From assembly GCA_021776655.1 (NCBI GenBank), contig JAJFFK010000037.1, positions 64,815 to 128,814 of the forward strand: a stretch of DNA of 64,000 bases. The letters run 5' to 3'. Source of the stretch: Henriciella sp. Its GTDB lineage: Bacteria > Pseudomonadota > Alphaproteobacteria > Caulobacterales > Hyphomonadaceae. The notes beneath the pieces are model-generated. The model had not been told where the DNA came from. It did not search any database and worked only from the letters and a program-made list of their open reading frames with translations. Position 1 is the stretch's first letter; each line of letters begins with the position of its first letter. The translations under genes were made by a program, and so were the position numbers. This document shows, piece after piece, positions 29,350-39,080 of this stretch.

Positions 29350-30510
29350 ATGAACGCGTCTGCGTCATCCGTTCCTTTGCCCCCCAGGACACAGGCTGCC
29401 TGCTGTTACACATCGGCTATGGATGGCGAAGCGACCTATTGTGGGGTCTGTGGCAAACCTCTGCTTAGATGTATGGCGATCGAGGAGTGCGGCGGTTTGC
29501 TGGATGACCAAGGACTGTGCACAGTTTGCGTTGCGCCTTATCTTCAGATCAGTGCAGGAGCGACGATAGACGCAAAAGTCGGCAGCGCGATCGCGTTACC
29601 AGTTTCAATCACCAATGCCTCGGCGATTGGTCGCCCGCTTTTTGTCACTGAGGTTTTGAGCCGCGAAACTGCCGGTGACTGGTGTGAAGTTGAATTGGGT
29701 TGGGAGCGCCTGGATGCTGGCCAGACGCGCCCGGTGGTTATTACCGCAAGCAAGTTGGAACATTCCGGTGCTCACAATCTCGAGATTCTGGTGGTCGTCT
29801 CAAGCCGTTGGCGCTGGCGCAAGGAACGCTACGCTTTTTCCGCAGCTTTACGGCTACAGGTTGAGGACAGTCAATCCAAGACGGGCCCGGTGATCACTAT
29901 CGGGGGCGAGAGCGCGGGACATGGCAACACCGTTTACATCGCTGGACAAAATGATGCTCAGGACAAACCCTCCAGGACAACAGAGGCGATTGGTTTGGAT
30001 TTGGGGCGAGCTGAAAAAGAGGAACGCAAACTTGGGCTGCGGGGATTGAGCCCTGATCTATGGATTCCGAAAAATGCCAAGCTAAACTGGCGAGGGTTTT
30101 CAAACCGCGATGTCGCTCTTGATGCTCCAATTTTGACAATCGATGGAATACTGGCGGTGGGACGCACGCGGAGTCGACGCAGAGGCGGGTTAGGGGATGT
30201 CCGTTTGCTGGTTGAAGATGGTGAAGGTGGCATTGATGAGGATTTGAGCCGGCGCATATCTCGCCGTCATTTTGAATTATACATCGAATGTAACCGTCTG
30301 ATTTTGCGCGTGACCGGCACCGGTGGGGTTCGGATAAATGGTGAAGCATTTGGGCCAGGCAAAGAGATCGCTCTTGCCCATGATGATTACATCGAACCGC
30401 TGGTTGCGTCTCCGGATGCTCTGGCGCTCCACGTTGGATATCTGATCGAGCATGGCGCAATAACCGAAGCGACGATTACCCGAAAACCTAGCAGTCATAT
30501 AGGAGATTGA
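29350..30510 (+). CDS. Cys-rich zinc-ribbon + beta-rich domain + C-terminal FHA domain protein
   Basis: N-terminal CC..CGVCG..C..CGG..CTVC; FHA hallmarks 'VGR', 'ISRRHF', 'VRING'. Confidence 0.75.
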   Translation: MNASASSVPLPPRTQAACCYTSAMDGEATYCGVCGKPLLRCMAIEECGGLLDDQGLCTVCVAPYLQISAGATIDAKVGSAIALPVSITNASAIGRPLFVTEVLSRETAGDWCEVELGWERLDAGQTRPVVITASKLEHSGAHNLEILVVVSSRWRWRKERYAFSAALRLQVEDSQSKTGPVITIGGESAGHGNTVYIAGQNDAQDKPSRTTEAIGLDLGRAEKEERKLGLRGLSPDLWIPKNAKLNWRGFSNRDVALDAPILTIDGILAVGRTRSRRRGGLGDVRLLVEDGEGGIDEDLSRRISRRHFELYIECNRLILRVTGTGGVRINGEAFGPGKEIALAHDDYIEPLVASPDALALHVGYLIEHGAITEATITRKPSSHIGD

Positions 30511-30514
30511 CCCG

Positions 30515-32026
30515 ATGGCGCATTGCCCAAAATGCAAGACTGCAATTGGCGCTGAGGCACATTTCTGCCCTGATTGTGGAGAGGCGTTAAAAGCGACCGA
30601 TGAGGTGAATATTGAACCCGGTGCGATGCTAACCGTTGGCGGCCTGGAAACCTTGAGCGACACCCAAACGAGCAGTGGGAGAGGCAACGCTACGCCGACC
30701 TTGGAAGCGGGTGAGGTGTTTGCGGATAGATACTTGATTGACGGGATCATTGGCCGTGGCGGAATGGGGGTCGTTTATCGGGCCAAGGACAAGCTTAGCG
30801 ATAAAACGGTTGCGCTAAAACTTATCCGCCCCGAACGCCTTGCTGGTGAGGCAGCGGTTAAGCGGCTGATTGCTGAAGGCATAACTGCGCGTGATATCCG
30901 GCATCCTAACATTGTTGCGGTATACGATGTCGGAGAAGCCAAGGGGCAGCCTTTTGTCTCGATGGAATATTTGGATGGTAAATCATTGCGGGCTTGGCAC
31001 CGTGAGCAAATACAGAAGAGAGAAGACATACCGCTACGGGTTGCCGCGCGAATTATGCTGAATATTCTTGATGGTTTGAAAGCGGCGCATGATGCGGGCG
31101 TCATCCACCGCGATCTCAAGCCTGAAAATATTGTTCTAGTCGGTGATCCGACAGAAAATGACGCGCCCCTGAAAATCCTCGATTTTGGCATTGCCAGAGC
31201 CACAGGTGGGGCAATGGATAGTGGCACTGGAACCGGGCTGGGCACACCGCGTTATATGGCCCCAGAACAGATAACCAACGCGGACAGTGTTGGCCCACCA
31301 GCGGATATCTACTCGGCTTCAGTCCTATTCTACGAATTGCTTGTGGACGTCCTTCCTCAGGGCCATTGGCAACCGCCATCAGGCGGGCGATCCGATGTTC
31401 CATCCGGCATCGACCAATTGATCGAGAAGGGCCTGTCCAATCGGCCAGCCAATCGTCCGCAAACAGCCAAGCTATTTCGCAAATCACTGATCGACGCCGT
31501 GAATATCATTACCCATGATAACAAGCGCGACTTACCAATCCGTCAAATCCTTCTCTGGGGCGGAGCGGGAACTGGGGTGTTACTGTTCTTTCTGGTTATC
31601 GCAGCGGTGATGTCGGGAAGTGGTGGTGGAGCAACCAGCTTAGCGGGTCCATGCGATGAACTGTCCGGTGCAGCGTATGATCGTTGTATGGGAACATCTT
31701 CGCGTGCGGGAACACCTCCGCCGTCGCGCATCAATTACAGTCAATTGTCGGGAACATGGTACAGTTCAACCGGTAGCCTCATGCAAGTTGATGTCGACAA
31801 TGGTGGGGATGCATTTGGGCATGGTGCTGCGACAACTGGTGAGCCGGTTGATTTCCTCGCCGAGTTCAATGGATCGTCCGGTCAATATCAAATGATCGGC
31901 CAAGTGACCGGGATGGATCAGTCAGGTCGCCTGACGATCGTGGATACAAATCATATCCGCTATTCCGGCCCGGGCGGGCAGCAAGCTTGTTTCCACATCA
32001 ATCATAACGACCGCAAGATGTGCTGA
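30515..32026 (+). CDS. Ser/Thr kinase with N-terminal zinc ribbon, TM helix and small extracytoplasmic domain
   Basis: CPKC-x10-CPDCG; GRGGMG, VALK, HRDLKPEN, DFG, GTPRYMAPE; TM 'ILLWGGAGTGVLLFFLVIAAVM'. Confidence 0.93.
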   Translation: MAHCPKCKTAIGAEAHFCPDCGEALKATDEVNIEPGAMLTVGGLETLSDTQTSSGRGNATPTLEAGEVFADRYLIDGIIGRGGMGVVYRAKDKLSDKTVALKLIRPERLAGEAAVKRLIAEGITARDIRHPNIVAVYDVGEAKGQPFVSMEYLDGKSLRAWHREQIQKREDIPLRVAARIMLNILDGLKAAHDAGVIHRDLKPENIVLVGDPTENDAPLKILDFGIARATGGAMDSGTGTGLGTPRYMAPEQITNADSVGPPADIYSASVLFYELLVDVLPQGHWQPPSGGRSDVPSGIDQLIEKGLSNRPANRPQTAKLFRKSLIDAVNIITHDNKRDLPIRQILLWGGAGTGVLLFFLVIAAVMSGSGGGATSLAGPCDELSGAAYDRCMGTSSRAGTPPPSRINYSQLSGTWYSSTGSLMQVDVDNGGDAFGHGAATTGEPVDFLAEFNGSSGQYQMIGQVTGMDQSGRLTIVDTNHIRYSGPGGQQACFHINHNDRKMC

Positions 32027-32063
32027 CGATGACGCACAGCAATCAAACTGGGATGTTCCCGTC

Positions 32064-33164
32064 ATGAGCAAAGACAAACATGGATGGATTGTAGAAAAGT
32101 GCCACCTCTGTGGCATGCCAGCTTCGGCAGGATCGACTTGCCCGCATTGTGGGGCCGTCAACCTGATGCCCAAGCCAGACAATCCCTCACCAAATACTAA
32201 CCAACAAGGAGGACAGAGCATGTCCAGTAACTGGAATGAGTACAGTTTGAACGGGTGTTTGTTTGAAGCGGTACCTAAGCCCGCGCCGGTCCTGTCTGCG
32301 CCGTCAATCACGCTGCCTGAGAGGATCGATCTGCGGATGCATTGTCCGCCAGTTGAGGATCAATTGAAAACCAATTCTTGCGTCGCGAACGCCGTCATCG
32401 GCGCGCTGGAACTGCACCAGAAAAAAGCTGGCTTGGCTTTCACAGATCTCTCAAGACTGTTTGTCTATTACAATGCCAGATCTCTATCTGACACCGAGGG
32501 ACAAGATACTGGCAGTTACATCCATCATGGCATGGCCGCGATCCTTGCCTTTGGCGCCTGTGAAGCCAGGCTGTGGCCGTTTGAGGCCGCGATGGTCAAA
32601 ACCAAGCCGACAGCCAGCTGTTACCAGAATGCGACGCGTTACGAGGCTGTGCAATATGCTCGTACTCCGCGCGGCGTACCGGCCCTGACGGCATTGTCGC
32701 AGGGGCTTCCCGTTGTGTTTGGCATTTTTGCTCCAGGCGATTATTATGCGATTGCTGCCCAAACAGGCATGATGCCGAAACCTGATCAGATTATTCCAAC
32801 TCAACCGCCGTCCGGGCATGCCATGCTGATTGTCGGGTATGACTTGGCAGATAAAACATACCTGGTCCGTAATAGCTGGAGTGCGAACTGGGCCGATCAG
32901 GGATATTTTCGTATTCCTTTTGAAACCATGGATGCCTGGGCCAAGCCGGAAGACTTCTGGACGATTGGTGCGATCGAACAAGCTTCAGGGTTCCAGCTCA
33001 CCGGACCCAGTTTAGCCGATTCCATGGTGGGTGTTGGTATTTCGACAGAGATACTGGAAGCGCAAGGCAACAAGCTTGATCAGCTACGCTCTGATCTGAA
33101 ATCTCGCCTCTCTGGGGATATTGAATCTGCCAAGCGCGATTTCCGTAAAAGGATACGTGACTGA
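32064..33164 (+). CDS. Papain-like (C1) cysteine peptidase with N-terminal zinc ribbon
   Basis: 'IDLR...VEDQLKTNSC', 'LSRLFVYYNAR', 'GHAMLIVGYD', 'RNSW...WADQGYF'; CHLCG-x8-CPHCG. Second possible start at 32220. Confidence 0.9.
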   Translation: MSKDKHGWIVEKCHLCGMPASAGSTCPHCGAVNLMPKPDNPSPNTNQQGGQSMSSNWNEYSLNGCLFEAVPKPAPVLSAPSITLPERIDLRMHCPPVEDQLKTNSCVANAVIGALELHQKKAGLAFTDLSRLFVYYNARSLSDTEGQDTGSYIHHGMAAILAFGACEARLWPFEAAMVKTKPTASCYQNATRYEAVQYARTPRGVPALTALSQGLPVVFGIFAPGDYYAIAAQTGMMPKPDQIIPTQPPSGHAMLIVGYDLADKTYLVRNSWSANWADQGYFRIPFETMDAWAKPEDFWTIGAIEQASGFQLTGPSLADSMVGVGISTEILEAQGNKLDQLRSDLKSRLSGDIESAKRDFRKRIRD

Positions 33165-33191
33165 CATAAAGTAAGGGTGGGGAGCGTCTTG

Positions 33192-34292
33192 ATGACCGGG
33201 ACAATTCGATCAAATCTGACTTTCGCAGCCGTCTGGCTGTTAGTCTTTGTTGCGGCTTGTACAACCCAATATGGCATCCGCAATGTCGCGCCTGCGGGCT
33301 ACGGATATAACAATGCGATTGCCCAATCGAATGATCAGCAATTGCTGCTCAATCTGGTGCGATTACGTTATCGGGACAGTGTCGTGTTCATGGATATCCG
33401 TGGGGTAACGACGCAACACCAATTTACATTCGGCTTGTCGGCAGAAACCCTTCTGCCATTTGAGCGTTTGGGGGACGGGTCGGTGCTTGCCCTTCCCAAC
33501 ATTCAGCAAAGTGAGACCCCGACGATTAGCTATGTTCCGTTGCAAGGAATTGAGTTTTCCAAAAGCCTGCTCGCGCCAATTTCGTCGGACACGATCGTTC
33601 TCCTTGCCAGTTCAGGGTGGAGCATTGAGAGGCTGCTCACCTGTTGCGTCGAAAGACTAGGCGTATTGTCCAATGCACCTAGTGCATCAGGGCCAACCCC
33701 GCAAAGACTGCCTGATAATAGCGAATTCAGAGCCGCCGCTAACATTCTACGGCAACTCCAGAGAGATGAGAGGGTATTTGTTGAGCATGAACCCTCTGAA
33801 GATGGATCACGTTCAGATACTTTTCTGGTCATTGATGCTGAAACGAGCGCTTCATGCGAGCGCCTGCGTGAACTGCTTTCAGCGCCAAGTTGCACAATGC
33901 GGTTTCGCTTGATGCAGCGACGTAGCCAAATGAAAGAAGGTCAGCTCGTCGCCCAGACCCGGTCCGTATTGGGCGCGTTATATGCCTTGTCGCATGCCGT
34001 TTCGGTTCCACCGGAGCATGAGGCGGCGGGCCTGGTTACGACCAGTGTTATCGAGTCAGAATACACAACCAGCTGGCGCGCGTTTCTCGGTGAGCAATTC
34101 AGAGTCCAGGTCTCCGGCTCCGAACCGTCAGATGCATATGTAAAGATTGCATATCGCGACCACTGGTTTTGGATTGATGACAGTGACCTTGAAGCAAAAA
34201 CGACTTTTAACTTGATGGCATTCCTTCTGACTCTGCAATCGGCTGCAGGCAACGGTATGTCGCCTCTGCTGACCCTTGGCGCCGGTGGATGA
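33192..34292 (+). CDS. Lipoprotein of unknown function
   Basis: Lipobox VAAC; 'YNNAI....QQLLLNLVRLRY', 'PTISYVPLQG..F', 'YRDHWFWIDDSD..AK.TF'. Confidence 0.8.
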   Translation: MTGTIRSNLTFAAVWLLVFVAACTTQYGIRNVAPAGYGYNNAIAQSNDQQLLLNLVRLRYRDSVVFMDIRGVTTQHQFTFGLSAETLLPFERLGDGSVLALPNIQQSETPTISYVPLQGIEFSKSLLAPISSDTIVLLASSGWSIERLLTCCVERLGVLSNAPSASGPTPQRLPDNSEFRAAANILRQLQRDERVFVEHEPSEDGSRSDTFLVIDAETSASCERLRELLSAPSCTMRFRLMQRRSQMKEGQLVAQTRSVLGALYALSHAVSVPPEHEAAGLVTTSVIESEYTTSWRAFLGEQFRVQVSGSEPSDAYVKIAYRDHWFWIDDSDLEAKTTFNLMAFLLTLQSAAGNGMSPLLTLGAGG

Positions 34293-34555
34293 TCTGGCTT
34301 TTTTTCGGATGAATGTGTCGCCAATATGGGGTGATCGAATAGGTTTGAGCAAAGAGGAAAACCCGTCCTGCCATATCTCCAATTTCTCATCCGAACCGAC
34401 GTTCCGGTCCTGCCTTACCTGTTCAAGGCGTTTTTGGTTACGGTGGTAGGTGAGATCATCGTCATCCTTTTTCAGAGATAGTCTCCGCGACGATAGCCTT
34501 TGACAAGTGGGGAGGATTATCTCAGCTTCACGTGACGCTTTTGAAGGACGAGTGC

Positions 34556-35896
34556 ATGGCGGGGAAGAAATTGGGCGGATTACGCCTTGCCGCCTATGCC
34601 GCGCCGGGCATGCCAGAGGCGATGATCCTGTATTGCGCCGCGACGGTGATACCCGGTTTCTTTACCACTGAGGTTGGCTTGTCGACGGCTTTTGTCGGCA
34701 TGATCTATCTGGTCTCGCGCCTGTTTGATGCCGCCACTGATCTTGGCATTGGTTATTTGTCCGATCGGACCAAATCACCGATTGGACGGCGCAAGCCGTG
34801 GTTGATTGCGGGTACGATCCTGAGTGTGGTGGCCGTGTTTTATTTGTACCACCCGGCTGAGACCAATCCCGGTACACGTTATGCGATCGCGACCTTCGCG
34901 CTCTATCTAGGCTGGACCATGGCGATTGTTCCCTATGACGCGTGGGGCGCCGAGCTTGGGAGTGACTATGCCACGCGCAACCGCATTTTCACCTTCCGCG
35001 CCGTCGCATATTTCGGCGGCAGTCTGTTGTTCTTGGTGACGCCGCTCTTGCCCGGTTTCAGCGGTGAGTTCGACCACGAAATCCTGCATTACAGCACCTT
35101 TCTGGTTGCTGGCAGCTTCATCCTGGCAACCTTCATCGCCGTGGTGTTCGTACCGCAAGAGGATGACAGTCTGCGCACCGCGACACCGACCCTGAAAGGT
35201 ATGCTGAACACGCTGATCTCCAATCGTCCGCTGCAATATTATGTCGGGCTGTTTCTGCTCGGCGGGGTCAGTCTCGGCATCTCGCTGGCACTGGTCTATA
35301 TCTATGTGAACACGTATCTTCGGCTCGAAGACAAGTTTGTCAGCATTCTGGTTATATATGTCGCCGCCAATTTGGTCGCCGTGCCGTTCTGGTATTGGGT
35401 CATGCGCAAGGTCGAAAAACACAAGGCCTGGGCGGCGGGATGGTTCATTCAGGGCATGGCTTATCCACCGCTGATTTTCCTGACCCCGGATAATCCCAAT
35501 GCTTTTGTGATCCTCGCCTCGGTCGTGTTCTTCGCCGGGCTTACCTATGCAGTTACCGATATTGTGATGAAGTCCCTGCTCAGCGATGTGATCGACCATG
35601 ATCTGCTAAAGTCAGGTGAGAACCATTCAGCTAGCATTTTCGCGATCAGTAATTTGATGCGTAAATTCAATGTCGCGATTGGTGGCGGTTTTGCCTTCAT
35701 GATGCTCAGCTGGTTCAATTACGACCCAAAGGAAGAGGTCAACTCTCCCGAAGCGATCCTGTACGGCCTCAAGTTCACCTATCTCATCTTGCCGGCTTTC
35801 TTCAGTTCAGCCGGAGCATTGATGCTGTGGTATTTTCCGATCAACCGGCGACGTCACGATATCATCCTGAAGCGGCTCGCCAGCCGCGCTACATAA
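34556..35896 (+). CDS. MFS GPH-family transporter
   Basis: 'RLFDAATDLGIGYLSDRTKSPIGRRKPW', about 12 TM. Confidence 0.9.
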   Translation: MAGKKLGGLRLAAYAAPGMPEAMILYCAATVIPGFFTTEVGLSTAFVGMIYLVSRLFDAATDLGIGYLSDRTKSPIGRRKPWLIAGTILSVVAVFYLYHPAETNPGTRYAIATFALYLGWTMAIVPYDAWGAELGSDYATRNRIFTFRAVAYFGGSLLFLVTPLLPGFSGEFDHEILHYSTFLVAGSFILATFIAVVFVPQEDDSLRTATPTLKGMLNTLISNRPLQYYVGLFLLGGVSLGISLALVYIYVNTYLRLEDKFVSILVIYVAANLVAVPFWYWVMRKVEKHKAWAAGWFIQGMAYPPLIFLTPDNPNAFVILASVVFFAGLTYAVTDIVMKSLLSDVIDHDLLKSGENHSASIFAISNLMRKFNVAIGGGFAFMMLSWFNYDPKEEVNSPEAILYGLKFTYLILPAFFSSAGALMLWYFPINRRRHDIILKRLASRAT

Positions 35897-35908
35897 GGTT
35901 CAGCCAAT

Positions 35909-36586
35909 ATGAAACTCTACCAGACCTATCTTTCTCCCTTCCCGACACGTGTTCGGTTGATGATCTATCTGAAAGAACTTGAGGTGGACATCGTAGAACC
36001 GCCCGGAATTCACGACAATACTGAAAGCAAAGGCGATTATATGGAGGTCAATCCAATTGGCCGAGTGCCATGTCTGGTTCTGGATGATGGCCGGGCGCTG
36101 GCCGAGTCAGAAGTGATTTGCGAATATCTTGAAGACGTATTTCCGGAGATTCCAACCTTGCCGACCGACCCATGGGAGCGGGCGCGGGTGCGGGTGCTAT
36201 CGCGGATCAGCGACATTTATATCGTGATGGCGATGCTGCCATTGTTCAACAATGTCGCTTTGCCGAGACGTGATCGCGATCAGAAAGGGATCGAAAAGGC
36301 TGGTCGCGAAGTCCAGAAAGCGCTGGGTTATCTCGAAGATTATCTGGTCGAAGGCGACACTTGTGCGGTAGGTGACAGCCTGACCCAGGCCGATGGCGCG
36401 CTGATCCCGATCATCATGTTGGCCAGCCTGTGGGGCCCGAACCAGTTCGGGTTTGATAATCCACTGCTCAGCCTGCCAAAGGTCGCGGCCTATTGGGCCT
36501 CGGTACAAAAGCAGCCCATTGCTCAGCGTCTGATCAAGGAGACGATGGACGCGCTGACCGCAGCGCAATCGGCGCGCGACACTTGA
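35909..36586 (+). CDS. Glutathione S-transferase
   Basis: 'SPF..RV', 'NPIGRVPCL', 'ESEVICEYLED', 'TQAD'. Confidence 0.92.
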   Translation: MKLYQTYLSPFPTRVRLMIYLKELEVDIVEPPGIHDNTESKGDYMEVNPIGRVPCLVLDDGRALAESEVICEYLEDVFPEIPTLPTDPWERARVRVLSRISDIYIVMAMLPLFNNVALPRRDRDQKGIEKAGREVQKALGYLEDYLVEGDTCAVGDSLTQADGALIPIIMLASLWGPNQFGFDNPLLSLPKVAAYWASVQKQPIAQRLIKETMDALTAAQSARDT

Positions 36587-36911
36587 GCTATCGCCTCATC
36601 AAGCTGAACGACTGTCCTGTCGGGCCACCATAGCCTTGAGAGGCAAGAAAAAGCGCGAGAGGGGCAATGTCTTCTGGTTCTTTCCAGCCGACTCCTGAGG
36701 CGTTTGGGTTCATGTCGGTTTCCCCGCTAAGCACGCTCAATTGTAATCAACGATCGCACCGGTGCAACTGGAACGGAAACATGGAATTTAACCAAGCGAC
36801 CAATCATGGAAATTCGGATATCGCCTTGTTCAAAGGCGTGACTGCGGTGAAGAAGTGCGGCGTGAAACAACGTAAATTAGCCAAGTCTAAACTCAGGCGA
36901 AACACCGGAAA

Positions 36912-38336
36912 CTATTTAGCCACAGTCTTTTGAGTAGCCATCCAGGTTGCTGCAATCGCCTCTACCAAGGCATCAATTGAGGCGGCCTCGCTCGCGCATG
37001 ATGAGAAGGAAAGCCGCATTATCGTTCGCCCTTTCCAGACCGCATCTTTTATGAACCAGCGCCCATCTTCTTGAAGAGATTGGATCACACTTGTTGTCAT
37101 CGCATTGCCAGTGCGTTCTGATGCGCCATCAGTCGCGAAAGCTATGGCAAGCTGGTTCAAGTTGACTGTATTCATGAGATGAACACCCGGTATTTTACCT
37201 AAGGCTTTGGCAAGATGTTGTGCATTCCTGCAATTATCATCCACAAGAGCCGTAACGCCATCACGACCGAGAGCCTGCAAGACAGCCCAAGTGGCGAAGC
37301 CGCGTGCGCGCCGCGACAATTCAGGGACATAATGTGAGGGGCTAGGGCCATCTTCGGGGTCTTGGTTAAGATAGCTGGCGGTGATCGCCATAGCGCTACG
37401 GTGGGCATCAGCATCCTTGATGATTGCGTAACCGGAATCATATGGCACTTGCAGCCACTTGTGACCATCAACGGCCCATGAGTCAGCGCGTTTCGCGCCT
37501 TTACATAGGTGACGCTTGCTCTGTACACTACGAGCCCACAGCCCGAATGCACCATCAATATGCAACCAGGCATCTGACGCTTCAGCAATCTTGCTGATCG
37601 CATCAAAATCGTCAAAAGCGCCTGAATTTATATGTCCCGCTTGAGAGATTATTATTTTCGGGCCATTGTCGTTTCGAACTGTAGCTTGCAGGGCCTCTGG
37701 CGACATACATCCATCAGATTCAGCCTCAATCCGTTTGAGACGGTTCTGGCCAAATCCGAGAAACCGTAAAGCTGCAAAGATCGATGAGTGCGCTTCTTCA
37801 CCCAAATAAACTGAGACTTCAGGCGCACCAAACATACCGTTTGCATCCAAATTCCAGTCGTGGCGGGCCAGCACATCCTGCCGAGCTGTTGCAAGGCAAA
37901 TAAAGCTCGCCATTGTTGCCCCAGTCGTGAAACCGATTGAACTCTCGGGCGGCAAATTGAGTAAGTCGATCAGCCATTTACCAGCAATCTCTTCTGCAAT
38001 CGCAGCGGCAGGCGCAGTCTGATATATTCCTGCGTTTTGGCCCCATGTCGATGTCAACCAGTCAGCCGCGACTCCAACCGGGTGAGACCCCCCCATCACC
38101 CAGCCGTAGAATGCGTCACCACTTACGCCTAGCAAGCCAGGTCCAGCTGCTTGTGCAAGCTGATGGATAATTGCCGGGCCATCTCGCCCTTGTTTCGGCA
38201 AGCCCGTATCGAATGCTAATCGCAACGTATCAGCTGTTGCTGAGGCGTAGGGGGAAACTTGATCTACCTCATCACGATAAGAAATCGCAATTTGCGCCGT
38301 TTGCTCAAACAAGTCCCGAACGGTTTTTTTCGGCAT
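36912..38336 (-). CDS. Group II PLP-dependent amino acid decarboxylase
   Basis: 'GEEAHSSI', 'WLHIDGAFGLW', 'ADSWAVDGHKWLQVPYDSG', 'ELSRRARGF'. Confidence 0.92.
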   Translation of the reverse strand: MPKKTVRDLFEQTAQIAISYRDEVDQVSPYASATADTLRLAFDTGLPKQGRDGPAIIHQLAQAAGPGLLGVSGDAFYGWVMGGSHPVGVAADWLTSTWGQNAGIYQTAPAAAIAEEIAGKWLIDLLNLPPESSIGFTTGATMASFICLATARQDVLARHDWNLDANGMFGAPEVSVYLGEEAHSSIFAALRFLGFGQNRLKRIEAESDGCMSPEALQATVRNDNGPKIIISQAGHINSGAFDDFDAISKIAEASDAWLHIDGAFGLWARSVQSKRHLCKGAKRADSWAVDGHKWLQVPYDSGYAIIKDADAHRSAMAITASYLNQDPEDGPSPSHYVPELSRRARGFATWAVLQALGRDGVTALVDDNCRNAQHLAKALGKIPGVHLMNTVNLNQLAIAFATDGASERTGNAMTTSVIQSLQEDGRWFIKDAVWKGRTIMRLSFSSCASEAASIDALVEAIAATWMATQKTVAK

Positions 38337-38375
38337 ATTCTGACCCTTCGTCTTTCATCTCGTTACCTTATCCAA

Positions 38376-39080
38376 TCAGCGCGGATGCAACCAGGTTGGC
38401 AAAAATGTATATGCGTCAGGACGCTTAGCAGCGTCAAATTTGACGTTGTTTTCAGCGAGGAGAGTTTGTAAACGACCATCGTTGAAAGCGTCAAACGTTT
38501 CGGTGCACCCGCCGATATGTTCGTCGCCGACATAGATTTGTGGAATAGTTGGTGACGACGTGAGTTGCTTCAATGCATTGCGAATGTCTCCGCCCTTATT
38601 GTTCTTCTGATACTCGACCGAGTCCAGGTCAATCGAGCGAAAGGGAATGCCTACTTCGCCAAACATTTTCCGTACAGACCAACAAAACTCGCACCATTCA
38701 AGTGCAAACATGACCACCGGTTGTTGGGCGTCGCGCGTTACCGTTTCGACAAATTCTATAGCTTCTGGTTTAGCGGCAGCAATCTTCGCAGAAGCATCCG
38801 CTTTAGTCGGCGCTGAAGACACATCAAAGCGATAGCGCGGCGTCGATTGCGATATCTCGACTTCTACATCGTTCATCTCTCCGATCACTTCATCAAACAA
38901 AGTTGTGCTGAGATAACGCTCCCCAGTATCGGGAAGCATGCATAAGATGCTTGATCCCTTTGGAGCGGTTTTTGCTACTTCAAATGCCGCCGCGAGGGTT
39001 GCTCCACTGGTTATGCCACAGAATATCCCTTCTAGACGTGCTAGATCACGTGCCAGTTTGAGGGATACTGTGCCACTCAC
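38376..39080 (-). pseudogene. 5'-truncated cysteine synthase-glutaredoxin fusion; the Grx domain remains in frame
   Basis: Only the CysK C-terminus is present ('LARLEGIFCGITSGA', 'LPDTGERYLST'), with no PLP-lysine region. Then Grx 'WCEFC', 'TIPQIYV...IGGC'. Confidence 0.8.

Noticed and set aside
22748..34292. Interpretation as a type VI secretion cluster (kinase, phosphatase, FHA)
   Set aside because: No TssB/C, Hcp, VgrG, TssM or ClpV-like genes in the window, and the phosphatase is PPP-type rather than PP2C.
36587..36911. ORF 36667-36933 or a possible att site/sRNA
   Set aside because: No motif, no tRNA-derived repeat and no convincing structure.
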